The notes: generated by a model not told the origin, from the sequence alone. A stretch of DNA of 64,000 nucleotides from Candidatus Izemoplasmatales bacterium (GCA_050949045.1 JBMNEZ010000001.1:1152001-1216000); one strand, 5' to 3'; numbered from the stretch's first letter, positions 10,765 through 20,272 are shown. A program made the numbers and translations.

Positions 10765-10931
10765 TTAGGATTAGGGATACATTTGCTAGTTTGCTTTTTC
10801 AAAATGGTGCTAATCTTAAAACTGTTCAAATGTTATTAGGTCATAAGAGTATTAAGACTACAGAAATTTATTTACATCTTTCTGATAGCTTCATTCAAAG
10901 TGATTATGATAAACACTTTCCTATTGTTTAG
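10765..10931 (+). pseudogene. C-terminal remnant of a tyrosine recombinase/integrase
   Basis: RIRDTFASLLFQNGANLKTVQMLLGHKSIKTTEIYLH matches the box II (R...LGH...Y) region; the N-terminal bulk is absent; DNA is very AT-rich. Confidence 0.85.
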
Positions 10932-11170
10932 TTATTTTTTTTAGTTGTTCTTTTTCTTTGTGGCTTTTTATTTGCTTTAGCGTCATCTAATATAGCGTTT
11001 ATTTCGTTATGGGTTAATCTTAATACATCTCTTAGCACAGCTAATTCATCTACTTTTAATTTACATTTATTGTTTTCTAGTCTGTGCATTTGTGATTCGC
11101 TTATTTCTAGAATGTTTGCCATTTCTTGTAAAGTTAGTTTCTTTTTACGTCTTATTTCTTTTAGAATCAT
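10928..11170 (-). CDS. XRE/Cro-CI family HTH regulator
   Basis: LKEIRRKKKLTLQEMANILEISESQMHRLENN HTH_3 pattern; SD AAAGGA. Confidence 0.85.
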   Translation of the reverse strand: MILKEIRRKKKLTLQEMANILEISESQMHRLENNKCKLKVDELAVLRDVLRLTHNEINAILDDAKANKKPQRKRTTKKNN

Positions 11171-11283
11171 TGTTTTTTGTTCCTTTCTTTAATTTTTTTT
11201 ATAAAAGTTGTTGATTTCTTCCTAATTAGGAATATTATTAGAGTATAAAATGATGACATGTGGCGTCATCTAGATTTGTTCTA

Positions 11284-11359
11284 TGGTGGCTCAGCGCAGA
11301 ATCGAACTGCGGACACATGGATTTTCAGTCCATTGCTCTACCAACTGAGCTACCGAGCC
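11284..11359 (-). tRNA. tRNA-Phe(GAA)
   Basis: Cloverleaf GGCTCGG...CTGAAAA...TTCGATT...GAGCCACCA. Confidence 0.97.
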
Positions 11360-11362
11360 GGA

Positions 11363-11438
11363 TGGCGGTCCGGACGGGAATTGAACCCGCGATCTCCAGT
11401 GTGACAGACTGGCATGTTAACCACTACACCACCGGACC
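11363..11438 (-). tRNA. tRNA-Asp(GTC)
   Basis: GGTCCGG...CTGTCAC...GGACCGCCA. Confidence 0.97.
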
Positions 11439-11440
11439 AT

Positions 11441-11517
<77 letters not shown>

Positions 11518-11537
11518 ATATAAAATTGTGATATCTT

Positions 11538-11566
11538 ATGATAACAAAAGCCTATGCCTTTGTCAA
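11538..11566 (-). promoter_or_regulatory. Internal sigma-A promoter for fMet-Asp-Phe
   Basis: TTGACA-17 nt-TATCAT with TG extension on the - strand. Confidence 0.75.
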
Positions 11567-11588
11567 TAATAAGCCGTGTGATGCCAAG

Positions 11589-11675
11589 TGGTACCCGAGG
11601 CCGGACTTGAACCGGCACGTCATTTCTGACATTGGATTTTAAGTCCAATGCGTCTACCTATTCCGCCACTCGGGC
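11589..11675 (-). tRNA. tRNA-Leu(TAA)
   Basis: Long variable arm, CTTAAAA loop, CCA end. Confidence 0.96.
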
Positions 11676-11680
11676 AAAAA

Positions 11681-11756
11681 TGGTGACCCGCGGGCGATTC
11701 GAACGCCCGACCCTTTGATTAAAAGTCAAATGCTCTGCCTACTGAGCTAGCGGGTC
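11681..11756 (-). tRNA. tRNA-Lys(TTT)
   Basis: CTTTTAA loop, CCA end. Confidence 0.96.
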
Positions 11757-11790
11757 AACAAAGGCCCATATGAGGGCTGAAACTGCTATC

Positions 11791-11866
11791 TGGTGCCGAA
11801 AATAGGACTTGAACCCACAACCTACTGATTACGATTCAGTTGCTCTACCAATTGAGCTATTTCGGC
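11791..11866 (-). tRNA. tRNA-Thr(CGT)
   Basis: ACTGA-ATCGTAA-TCAGT anticodon arm, CCA end. Confidence 0.92.
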
Positions 11867-11871
11867 ACTGA

Positions 11872-11964
11872 TGGCGGAGAAAGAGGGATTCGAACCCCCG
11901 CGGCGCTTGCGCGCCCTGTCGGTTTTCAAGACCGATCCCTTCAGCCGGGCTTGGGTATTTCTCC
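11872..11964 (-). tRNA. tRNA-Ser(TGA)
   Basis: Long variable arm, CTTGAAA loop, GCCA end. Confidence 0.96.
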
Positions 11965-11980
11965 GTGGCTGAGAAAAAAC

Positions 11981-12057
11981 TGGTGGACCCAGTAGGACTC
12001 GAACCTACGACCGATCGGTTATGAGCCGATAGCTCTAACCAACTGAGCTATGGGTCC
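11981..12057 (-). tRNA. tRNA-Ile2(CAT), lysidine type
   Basis: CAT anticodon in a GGACCC.. body resembling Bacilli Ile2; tilS is in the window; initiator and elongator Met tRNAs are present separately. Confidence 0.85.
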
Positions 12058-12065
12058 AATATATA

Positions 12066-12142
12066 TGGTAGCGGCGGAGAGACTTGAACTCTCAACCTCA
12101 CGGGTATGAACCGTACGCTCTAGCCAGTTGAGCTACACCGCC
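12066..12142 (-). tRNA. tRNA-Met(CAT), elongator
   Basis: GGCGGTGTAGCTCA...TTCATAC...GCCGCTACCA. Confidence 0.9.
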
Positions 12143-12155
12143 GTATCTTGATGTC

Positions 12156-12231
12156 TGGTGGAGTATAGCGGGATCGAACCGCTGACCTCCTGCTTGCAAG
12201 GCAGGCGCTCTCCCAGCTGAGCTAATACCCC
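12156..12231 (-). tRNA. tRNA-Ala(TGC)
   Basis: G3:U70 pair, CTTGCAA loop. Confidence 0.97.
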
Positions 12232-12238
12232 AAAAAAA

Positions 12239-12315
<77 letters not shown>

Positions 12316-12342
12316 AAATTCGCACGTTGCAGTGCGAATAAT

Positions 12343-12371
12343 ATTTTACTATCTCGTCTATTGTTTGTCAA
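12343..12371 (-). promoter_or_regulatory. Sigma-A promoter of the tRNA operon
   Basis: TTGACA-17 nt-TAAAAT on the - strand just upstream of tRNA-Ile. Confidence 0.8.
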
Positions 12372-12400
12372 ACTTTATTTACCTGATGTTAAGGCTCGTC

Positions 12401-12685
12401 CTATTTGATTTTCGGGTATTTGTCGTTGTTTTTTTCCATCTTTTCCAGGATGATCGCCTCCGGATCCAAACCAAGATCGGCGACCATCGCCAGCGTATAA
12501 AGAAGAACGTCGGCGAGTTCCTCTTTGACGTTTTCCATATCGGGATTTGTATCATCCCATTGATAGTTTTCGAGCAATTCGGCCGCTTCGATCACAATCG
12601 ATTTGGCAAGAGCCTGCGGTGTGTCGCGGTCTTTCCAGCCGCGTTCATCGCGGTACTTGATGATTTTATCCAGCAATTTCCTCAT
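12401..12685 (-). CDS. MazG-like nucleotide pyrophosphohydrolase
   Basis: RDERGW, SIVIEAAELLENYQW, EELADV, KYP motifs. Confidence 0.88.
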   Translation of the reverse strand: MRKLLDKIIKYRDERGWKDRDTPQALAKSIVIEAAELLENYQWDDTNPDMENVKEELADVLLYTLAMVADLGLDPEAIILEKMEKNNDKYPKIK

Positions 12686-12872
12686 TTTGTCTTTCGATCA
12701 CTTTCTTGATTTTCTTTTTAAGGGTCGGCCGATCAATCAGAACGATCCGGCCGCACCCGAGGCATTTGATCTTGCAGTCGGCGCCGAAACGGATGATCTG
12801 CCACTTGTTTTCCCCGCAAGGATGGCCTTTTTTCAGGACGACGACGTCCCCTAAGCGGATGTCTTGTCCCAT
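12666..12872 (-). CDS. DUF951 family protein
   Basis: LGDVVVLKKGHPCG..W..R.GAD.KIKCLGCGR; commonly lies downstream of parB. Confidence 0.88.
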   Translation of the reverse strand: MGQDIRLGDVVVLKKGHPCGENKWQIIRFGADCKIKCLGCGRIVLIDRPTLKKKIKKVIERQNEEIAG

Positions 12873-12873
12873 G

Positions 12874-13728
12874 CTAGGATTTATCCTTGATGAAATCGTG
12901 GAAGGCTTCGATCTCGGCCTCGTCATTAAAGGAGATCACCAGCTTGTTGTTGGACAGGGACGGCTTTTTGGCCAAGGGCAATTTCTTTGTCAATTCGTCC
13001 CTGACTTCGCTTAGTTTGCTTGCGAAGGCGGGCGTGATGTCTTGCCTCTTGATCTCGCGCTTTTTCTTTTCCTTGCGGACAAGCGCCTCGATCTCCCTGA
13101 CATTGAGACGGTTTTCAACGATCAGATTCGCAATGGCCTTGACCCTGTTCACGTCTTTCAGTTTTGACAGGGCTCGCGCGTGTCCCATCGAAATATTGCC
13201 GGAGTTGATCTCGGCTAATATCGATTCGGGCAAAGAAAGAATGCCCAAGGTGTTCGACACATAAGATCGGCTCTTGCCGATCTTCTGCGCCAGTTCGAGA
13301 TGGGTGAGATTCAAGGAATCGATCGCATTTTGATATGCCTGGGCTTCCTCTATGATCGTCAAGTCTTCCCTTTGAATGTTCTCAAGCAGGGCTAGTTCTG
13401 CTAGATATTGGTTGTTATAGTCGCGAATAATCGCCGGCACCGTGTCAAATCCCGCCATCTTTGAAGCTTTTGAGCGTCTTTCACCTGTGACCAACATATA
13501 GCCGTCTGCGATTTTTTTGACAATGATCGGCTGTAAAACCCCGTTCATCCTAATCGACTCGGCAAGTTCCTCCATGGCCGTCTGATCGAAGTGTTTCCGA
13601 GGTTGGAAGGGATTGGGCCGGATCTTGTCGATCGGGATCTCGACGACTTCCTCTTTCTCAAGATCAAGGATCTCGTTTTCTTTCAAAAGATCGCCAAGGC
13701 CCCTTCTGGTCAAATTCTTATCCTTCAT
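12874..13728 (-). CDS. parB: ParB/Spo0J partition protein
   Basis: PNPFQPRK, GVLQPIIV, GERR, LLENIQREDL, HTH GKSRSYVSN, GHARAL. Confidence 0.96.
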   Translation of the reverse strand: MKDKNLTRRGLGDLLKENEILDLEKEEVVEIPIDKIRPNPFQPRKHFDQTAMEELAESIRMNGVLQPIIVKKIADGYMLVTGERRSKASKMAGFDTVPAIIRDYNNQYLAELALLENIQREDLTIIEEAQAYQNAIDSLNLTHLELAQKIGKSRSYVSNTLGILSLPESILAEINSGNISMGHARALSKLKDVNRVKAIANLIVENRLNVREIEALVRKEKKKREIKRQDITPAFASKLSEVRDELTKKLPLAKKPSLSNNKLVISFNDEAEIEAFHDFIKDKS

Positions 13729-14494
13729 GGCGCTGGATCACCTCTTTTGCGAGCTGCTTGTAGCTGAGCGATGATTTGCTTTTGGGAGAATACTCGGTCA
13801 CCGGAACACCGTAAAAAGTAGCGTTCGAGCAACTGACATTCCTCGGGATGATCGTCTGGAACACTTTTTCCTTGAAATAGGTCTTGACTTCATTGACAAC
13901 CTGGAAACCCGAAGTGGTCCTTATATCAAGCATCGTCAACAAAACCCCGAAGATCGTGAGCGTCTCCTGATTGACTTTTTTCTTTTTCTGCACCAGTCTG
14001 ATTGTATTCAAAAGTTGAGTGAGGCCGTCCATCGCGAGGAACTCGCACTGGACGGGGATGATGACGCCGTCCGAGGCCATCATCGCATTGATCGTGATAT
14101 AACCGAGCGACGGCGGGCAATCGATTAGGATAATATCATAGTCGTCCTTAACTAAACCAAGTTGCGTATGGAGGATAAAATCGCGGTTGATATTCAACAC
14201 CAGTTTCTCCTCAACCCCCTCGACCATCGTCTTGGCCGGCAGAACATCGATCAGAGGATTGTCGGTTTTTAGAATCACATCGGCGATGTCGCACGTCTCG
14301 CTGAGACAATCAAAAACCGATTTGTCGAAACTGCCGCGATTGATTCCCAGACAAGTCGTCGCATTGGCCTGGTAATCAAGGTCAATCAGCAAGATCTTCT
14401 TGCCAAGGGCAGAAAGCGAACTCGCGAGATTGATGGCGGTCGTCGTTTTCCCGACGCCGCCTTTTTGATTGGCGATTGACAATACTAGACTCAT
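13718..14494 (-). CDS. parA: ParA/Soj ATPase
   Basis: NQKGGVGKTTT, IDLD.QANAT, IDCPPSLG, IPVQCEF, IPRNV. Confidence 0.96.
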   Translation of the reverse strand: MSLVLSIANQKGGVGKTTTAINLASSLSALGKKILLIDLDYQANATTCLGINRGSFDKSVFDCLSETCDIADVILKTDNPLIDVLPAKTMVEGVEEKLVLNINRDFILHTQLGLVKDDYDIILIDCPPSLGYITINAMMASDGVIIPVQCEFLAMDGLTQLLNTIRLVQKKKKVNQETLTIFGVLLTMLDIRTTSGFQVVNEVKTYFKEKVFQTIIPRNVSCSNATFYGVPVTEYSPKSKSSLSYKQLAKEVIQRHEG

Positions 14495-14500
14495 TGATCC

Positions 14501-15700
14501 TTATCCTTTCCCCTGATCCTGATTATGGAAATAATTCAGAAAAAGTTCGCGGTTTTCTTTGAAGAAAGCAATTATGCTCGGCAACATAAAAGCATCAGCC
14601 TCCGGTCCGGTGAAAAGCGACAAAATGTCATCGGCACTCAGGAGTCTTTCCATCTGGTCCCATTCATCAGTTCCGGACACTTCGCTCGCAAGATACTGAT
14701 AAAGAAGGGTAAGCGCGATGATCTGTTCATCGGCCTGGTTGGACAGTTTATGCAGTTTGTACTCATAGCGGTCATCGGTGTAGTCCTCAGTCTGCCGGAA
14801 ACGGGTCATGAAGTTGATCAACATCGAGATCATGTCCGACCTGCGGTTAAGGACATACTTGTTCAGATGGTCGGCGGTCTTCTTCATCGAAACGCTAATC
14901 TCTTCGTTCGCGAGGATCTTCTCGAGTCCCTTCTCATGGAGATAGAGATAAAGATTGAAAAGGTTGAGGATATCTTTCCCCGATTCTTTGATCTGTTCGG
15001 AAGTGAAAACGGCCAATTCGCTGGCGAGTTTCTGATAATCAAGATCCTCGTGGATCAGCTCGTTGTTGTTTTGTTTCCTGATTTCATCGATATAGAAGAA
15101 AATATCGTCCTGGTACCTGTCGATGACCTGATTCAACTTAACCCAGTCATAGTTCATATCGGTGTAGAGTTTCTCATTGTAAATGATCTGGGCGAGAAAG
15201 ATGAAGTAGAAAAGGACAAACGTGACGATGTAGATATACATCGTTCCCGGAACCGACCCCGCAATTGTCAAAGCTTCCTGATTGACGATGATGTAGTAGA
15301 CGCCAAGCCCCATCACGATAGTGCCGTAAGTGATATAGGTGTAAAGCTCTTGATAGAAGATAATCACCGTAAGCAAAATATAAAAGAACAGATAAGCATA
15401 GAAACTCCCCGTTCCCTGGGTATAGAAAATCGTTAGTCCCAAACAGTAAAGGATGCTGATCTGGGTCGCAGCCATCAGCTTGTTCAGCCTGATCATGACG
15501 ATCATCAGCAAATATGCCAACACAAACAGCGACACGATCAATACTTTCAAGACAACCGAATAATTAAGGAAAAACGACAAGGGAATCGTGACAATGGTAA
15601 TCACCAACAGAAATGCCATGACGAGGATCGTCTTGATCTTTCTGACTTCGCTCATCGGCAGAAATTCAGCGTCCTTGACTCTTCTAAAGAAAGTGTTCAT
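14501..15700 (-). CDS. Membrane protein (about 6 TM) with possible degenerate HD-type cytoplasmic domain
   Basis: 399 aa; hydrophobic N-terminal half, charged helical C-terminal half containing YLHEKG. Confidence 0.75.
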   Translation of the reverse strand: MNTFFRRVKDAEFLPMSEVRKIKTILVMAFLLVITIVTIPLSFFLNYSVVLKVLIVSLFVLAYLLMIVMIRLNKLMAATQISILYCLGLTIFYTQGTGSFYAYLFFYILLTVIIFYQELYTYITYGTIVMGLGVYYIIVNQEALTIAGSVPGTMYIYIVTFVLFYFIFLAQIIYNEKLYTDMNYDWVKLNQVIDRYQDDIFFYIDEIRKQNNNELIHEDLDYQKLASELAVFTSEQIKESGKDILNLFNLYLYLHEKGLEKILANEEISVSMKKTADHLNKYVLNRRSDMISMLINFMTRFRQTEDYTDDRYEYKLHKLSNQADEQIIALTLLYQYLASEVSGTDEWDQMERLLSADDILSLFTGPEADAFMLPSIIAFFKENRELFLNYFHNQDQGKG

Positions 15701-16896
15701 TTCAACACCTCCCTTTTGAGGATGTCAGCCGCAATCGCCTCATAGACCTCGCTGTTTTTCTTATAAATTCGCATTACCCGGGGATCGATATAATAGAAGA
15801 AATCCGTGCTTGTGAGGATATTGTGGATCGCTTCATCGGTAGGAAGCACGATGCCGTCAAGCCCTCTTTTGAGCGCGGCGTAGAAAACGACAAAAACGAG
15901 CAGTTTGATATCGAGACTTTCGTATTGATGGTTGAAACTCTTGTAATGGGTTTCCGAAAAAATTTCCCGTTTCTTGATATCGATATTGAAAGTGTGGCTC
16001 AACTTGATCGCCACTTTTCTCAGTTTGTGCTTGCCGCCGATCAAAAGATTATCGAGTCTTTCAAGATCCCTCTCTTTGAACAACGGATACTTTTGAAGCA
16101 GTTTTTCCTTGGGTGTGTTCTCCTCAAGCGCCTGCATGATCTCAAGTTTGTCTTTGAAGGCGTTCGGAGCGCCGATCTTCTGACTGAATTCCTCGAGGAA
16201 AGCCTGGGAGCGTTCATAATATCTCTTGATATTGATATCCTGCCCGGTCGCGAGTTTCTGGATGTCGATTAAGAGATCAATGTTCCGAAACTCGGTTTCT
16301 TTTGAAAGGGCAATCTGATTATAGAAAAATCGTTTTTGCTTGATAATGATGTACGATGACACCGTCAAAATGGCGATAAAGAAAATAAAGAAGAAAACAA
16401 CGCCGAAAGAGTTTTCGGTGCTGTCACCTGAAAAGTCGATAAACTCAGGGTAGTTGATCAAAATCATGAGTGCACTGAACAGAAGCAGCACATTCGAGAT
16501 TGTCATCACCTTGATATCCTGATAAAAAGCGCTGATCGCATAGGCGATAAAGAGGACAGTGATCGTCACCGGTGATTCAAATAAAAAGATGATTACAATT
16601 GCCAGTACATAAACATAAACGGTGGTGAGATATTTGTTGAGTTGGAGAAACCTATAGTTTTCCCTGCCGTAGGCAAGTTGGGCGATATTGAGCAGGATTA
16701 CCACCAAAAAGCCGATCATCAGCGTGATCGTCTCCTTCAGTCCGAAGGCGGTTACAAACATATAAGAGATTGTGATGGCCATCATTCCCAGCAAAAGCCC
16801 GAGGACGAAGTGGTTCTTCGTCCGCAGGTGCTTGATCTCGAGATCCTCGCGGTAGTCCTCGATCTCTTTGAACATGTATGTTTTGTTTCTGCTCAC
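15697..16896 (-). CDS. Membrane protein (about 6 TM), same architecture as its neighbour
   Basis: 399 aa; overlaps the next gene by ATGA; C-terminal FYAALKRG...IDPRVMRIY. Confidence 0.75.
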   Translation of the reverse strand: MSRNKTYMFKEIEDYREDLEIKHLRTKNHFVLGLLLGMMAITISYMFVTAFGLKETITLMIGFLVVILLNIAQLAYGRENYRFLQLNKYLTTVYVYVLAIVIIFLFESPVTITVLFIAYAISAFYQDIKVMTISNVLLLFSALMILINYPEFIDFSGDSTENSFGVVFFFIFFIAILTVSSYIIIKQKRFFYNQIALSKETEFRNIDLLIDIQKLATGQDINIKRYYERSQAFLEEFSQKIGAPNAFKDKLEIMQALEENTPKEKLLQKYPLFKERDLERLDNLLIGGKHKLRKVAIKLSHTFNIDIKKREIFSETHYKSFNHQYESLDIKLLVFVVFYAALKRGLDGIVLPTDEAIHNILTSTDFFYYIDPRVMRIYKKNSEVYEAIAADILKREVLK

Positions 16897-16906
16897 TTGC
16901 GCCCTC

Positions 16907-17599
16907 CTAGAGAGGTTTGTTTTTGATTTTTGAATAAGGCCTTGGATAGATTGGCGGTGTCATTCTTTCTTTTTGAATCACAATGAGTGACCTTGAGAGT
17001 TTATCCGCAATTTCATAATTGATTGTTTCCGTTTTTCCGCCTCCAAGAATCCGGATGGCTTTTTTCGCCTCGCTCAGTTCATCAAGATGGTCTTGATTTT
17101 TCATGGCGATGAACAGGCCGTTCTTTTTCACAAACGGAAGCGCGAGTTCGGCGAGGATGTTCAGTTTCGCCACCGCTCTTGCGGTGACGATCTGAAATGC
17201 CTCTTTCATCTCATAGTCTTCCGCTCTGATATTGAGCAAGGTCACATCATCAAAACCTAATTTCCCAACAAGTCGCTCGAGAAAGCCTACCTTCTTTCCA
17301 GTGGCTTCGATGACGGTCACTTTGAGTGATGGGAAAAAGAGTTTCAGGGGCAGCGAGGGAAATCCGGCTCCCGAACCGATGTCAAGCAGGGTCTTGTCAT
17401 TTGGATCGAAGGCCCTTGTCAACATCAAAGAATCAAGAAAGTGCTTGTTGTAGACGTCTTCCCTTTTGGTGATTGAGGTCAGGTTCATGACTTCGTTCTC
17501 GGATATCAGATAACGATAATATATGTCAAACTTTTCGAGTGTTTCGTTATTTGCTTTTAAACCAAGTCCGGCCAACCGCTCGGAGAAATCTAGAACCAT
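16907..17599 (-). CDS. rsmG: 16S rRNA m7G methyltransferase (GidB)
   Basis: MNLTSI, KHFLDSL, LDIGSGAGFPSLPL, TARAVA, YPR. Confidence 0.96.
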   Translation of the reverse strand: MVLDFSERLAGLGLKANNETLEKFDIYYRYLISENEVMNLTSITKREDVYNKHFLDSLMLTRAFDPNDKTLLDIGSGAGFPSLPLKLFFPSLKVTVIEATGKKVGFLERLVGKLGFDDVTLLNIRAEDYEMKEAFQIVTARAVAKLNILAELALPFVKKNGLFIAMKNQDHLDELSEAKKAIRILGGGKTETINYEIADKLSRSLIVIQKERMTPPIYPRPYSKIKNKPL

Positions 17600-17664
17600 C
17601 GTATCACCTATCATTCATTTTACCACAACCGGATGCTTTCCGAAAACGGCACTTGTGATTTTCC

Positions 17665-19497
17665 TTAAGCTTGGCGGCGTCTTTGATCTGTCTTCAAGTA
17701 AAACATAAGCATCTGGAGATCCGCGGGGTTGACTCCGCTGATCCTTGAGGCCTGCCCGAGGGTGAGCGGCCTGATTGCCTTTAGTTTCGCTCTCGCCTCG
17801 GTCGCTAGATTCAACACATCATCGTAATCGATCGAAGCGGGAATGACGATCGCCTCTTCTTTTTGAAAACGTTCCTGGTCGCGGATCGCCTTTTTGATGT
17901 AACCCTCGTATTTGGACTCGATCTCGATTTGTTCATAGATTTCCGGATCCTCGGGAAATAGTTCCGAATGCGAATCTTTAAGCAGGGGATAGATTGCTTC
18001 CGGCCTTTTCATAAGTTCGATGACACTAGTCTTTCCTTCTTTATCGGATATTTTGAGTTGGGTATCCTTCAATCTGTTGAATTCAGAAGTGATCAAATCG
18101 CGCTTTTTTTTGAAAGCCTCGTAGCGGTCAGCCTTGATCAGTCCGAGTTCATAACCATAGTCAGTCAAGCGAAGGTCCGCATTATCATGTCTTAACAGTA
18201 ATCTAAATTCCGCCCTTGATGTCATCATCCTGTAAGGCTCTTTCGTTCCCTTGGTGATTAGATCATCGATCAAAACACCGATATAAGCCTCATCCCGCCT
18301 TAAAACAAAGATTGGTTCATTGTCCAGTTTCCTTTTTACGTTGATGGCAGCCATCAACCCCTGGGCAGCGGCTTCCTCATAGCCGCTCGAACCATTCACT
18401 TGCCCGGCAAAGAAGAGATTCTCGATGATTTTCGATTCCAAACTCGGTTTCAACGAAATCGGTTCGATCGAATCATATTCAATCGCGTGGGCATACTTGG
18501 AAATAACAGCATTCTCAAGCCCAGGCAAAGAATGAACCATTTCTTCTTGAATTTCTTTCGGCATCGAAGTCGAGAAACCCTGAAGATAGATATCATCCAA
18601 AAATTCGCTTTCGGGTTCAATAAAAAGCTGATGCCTTTTTTTGTCAGCGAAGCGGACGAGCTTGTCTTCGATTGAGGGACAATATCTTGGCCCGACTCCT
18701 TCAACGAGTCCACTGTACATCGACGATCGTTTGAGATTTTCAAGGATAATCTTGTGAGTCTTCGGCTGCGTATAAATCAGATAACAGGGCCATTCTTGAT
18801 CCAAAACACGGAGATGTTCCTTCTCATGGCTGAAATGATGGACGAATCCGTCTCCGGGAGAAAGTTCCATTCTAGAAAAATCGATGGAGTTTCTTTTGAT
18901 TCTTGGCGGTGTCCCTGTCTTCAGTCTGAAAGTCTTGATGCCGTTTGCCCTAAGATTGGCGCTTAGGCCGACAGAAGGCGGCTGCCCGTCGGGACCTGAC
19001 AATATCTTGGTATCCCCGATCAAGATCGCCCCCTCCATGAAAGTCCCGGTCGTGACGATGACGGTACGCGCTGAAAAGACGGCCCCGCCTTCCGTGACCA
19101 CCCCTTCGATCTTCTTGTTCTTGATGATTAGTTCTTTCACATATGCTTCTTGAAGATCCAAATTATCCTGTTTTTTGAGAGTTTTAAGCATTTCTCGCGG
19201 GTAAAGCAATTTGTCCGATTGAACCCGAAGCGCCCAAACGGCCGGCCCTTTGGATTTGTTAAGCATCTTCATCTGTAGGCAGGTCCGGTCGGCGATCTTG
19301 CCCATCTCACCGCCCAAAGCATCGATCTCCCGGACGAGCGTTCCCTTTGCGGAACCGCCGATTGAGGGATTGCAGGGCATCCAGGCCACCATGGCTAGAT
19401 TGCCGGTCAAAAGCAATGTTTTCTTATTGAGCCGGGATAGAGCAAGCGCCGCCTCACAGCCGGCGTGACCGCCCCCGATGACAATCGCGTCATACAT
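17665..19497 (-). CDS. mnmG: tRNA U34 carboxymethylaminomethyl modification enzyme (GidA)
   Basis: IGGGHAGCEAA, CNPSIGG, RLKTGTPPR, GPRYCPSIEDK, AGQVNGSSGYEEAAAQG. Confidence 0.98.
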   Translation of the reverse strand: MYDAIVIGGGHAGCEAALALSRLNKKTLLLTGNLAMVAWMPCNPSIGGSAKGTLVREIDALGGEMGKIADRTCLQMKMLNKSKGPAVWALRVQSDKLLYPREMLKTLKKQDNLDLQEAYVKELIIKNKKIEGVVTEGGAVFSARTVIVTTGTFMEGAILIGDTKILSGPDGQPPSVGLSANLRANGIKTFRLKTGTPPRIKRNSIDFSRMELSPGDGFVHHFSHEKEHLRVLDQEWPCYLIYTQPKTHKIILENLKRSSMYSGLVEGVGPRYCPSIEDKLVRFADKKRHQLFIEPESEFLDDIYLQGFSTSMPKEIQEEMVHSLPGLENAVISKYAHAIEYDSIEPISLKPSLESKIIENLFFAGQVNGSSGYEEAAAQGLMAAINVKRKLDNEPIFVLRRDEAYIGVLIDDLITKGTKEPYRMMTSRAEFRLLLRHDNADLRLTDYGYELGLIKADRYEAFKKKRDLITSEFNRLKDTQLKISDKEGKTSVIELMKRPEAIYPLLKDSHSELFPEDPEIYEQIEIESKYEGYIKKAIRDQERFQKEEAIVIPASIDYDDVLNLATEARAKLKAIRPLTLGQASRISGVNPADLQMLMFYLKTDQRRRQA

Positions 19498-19646
19498 ATA
19501 AGATCACTTTCCTCGTATCAAATAATCCTGAAATGTCTAATGACGTTATTAATCGCATCATAAAACCATATAAATCAATACTTAATTGTGCTTTGCGACC
19601 AAATTCCAAGTGAATAATATCAAATCGAAACCTTCTTTTTTTAAAA

Positions 19647-19760
19647 GAATCTCCCATGAGGCATCCCCGCCCACATAGATACCTTACTTAAGGCTGCTTC
19701 CGTCAAGACCTGACCTAATTCGTGGATACCTATTGGGTGAGGATGCGTCATAAGAGATTC
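19647..19760 (-). ncRNA. ffs: Small signal recognition particle RNA (4.5S type)
   Basis: Long hairpin closed by GAATCTC/GAGATTC with the helix-8 core GGTCAGGTCTTGACGGAAGCAGCC; follows tadA as scr does in Bacilli. Confidence 0.9.
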
Positions 19761-19804
19761 CACAGGTATTATATCATACTATCGATATATATGATGGAAA
19801 GAAG

Positions 19805-20272
19805 TCATTCCCTGAGAGTGCGGAAAAAATCCTTCATCAGCTCACTTGCCTTTTCCTTCAACACTCCGCCAACGACATCGACATGGTGGTTAAAGGGGTG
19901 TCCAAACAACCGAACGATCGATTCGTGAGCTCCAAACTTTGGTTCTCTGGCGCCATAGACCACTCTTTTAATCCGGGATTGGATGATCGCCCCGGCGCAC
20001 ATCGGACAAGGTTCGATCGTAACATAGAGACTGCAGTCCTCAAGTCGCCAGCTACCTAGTCTTTTTTCCGCTTTCTTGATGGCGATGAGTTCCGCGTGTG
20101 CAAGAACACTTTGGTTTTGTTCACGCTGGTTGTGTCCTCTTGCGATGATTTTTCCATCCTTGACGATGACAGCGCCGATTGGCACTTCGCCTTTTAAGGC
20201 CGCTTTTTTCGCTTCTTGAAGCGCGCCTCGCATGAATTTTTGATCGATAGGATTACTTGCTGAAATGGTCAT
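19805..20272 (-). CDS. tadA: tRNA adenosine(34) deaminase
   Basis: GEVPIGAV, AHAE, WRL, EPCPMCAGA; start codon uncertain. Confidence 0.93.
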   Translation of the reverse strand: MTISASNPIDQKFMRGALQEAKKAALKGEVPIGAVIVKDGKIIARGHNQREQNQSVLAHAELIAIKKAEKRLGSWRLEDCSLYVTIEPCPMCAGAIIQSRIKRVVYGAREPKFGAHESIVRLFGHPFNHHVDVVGGVLKEKASELMKDFFRTLRE

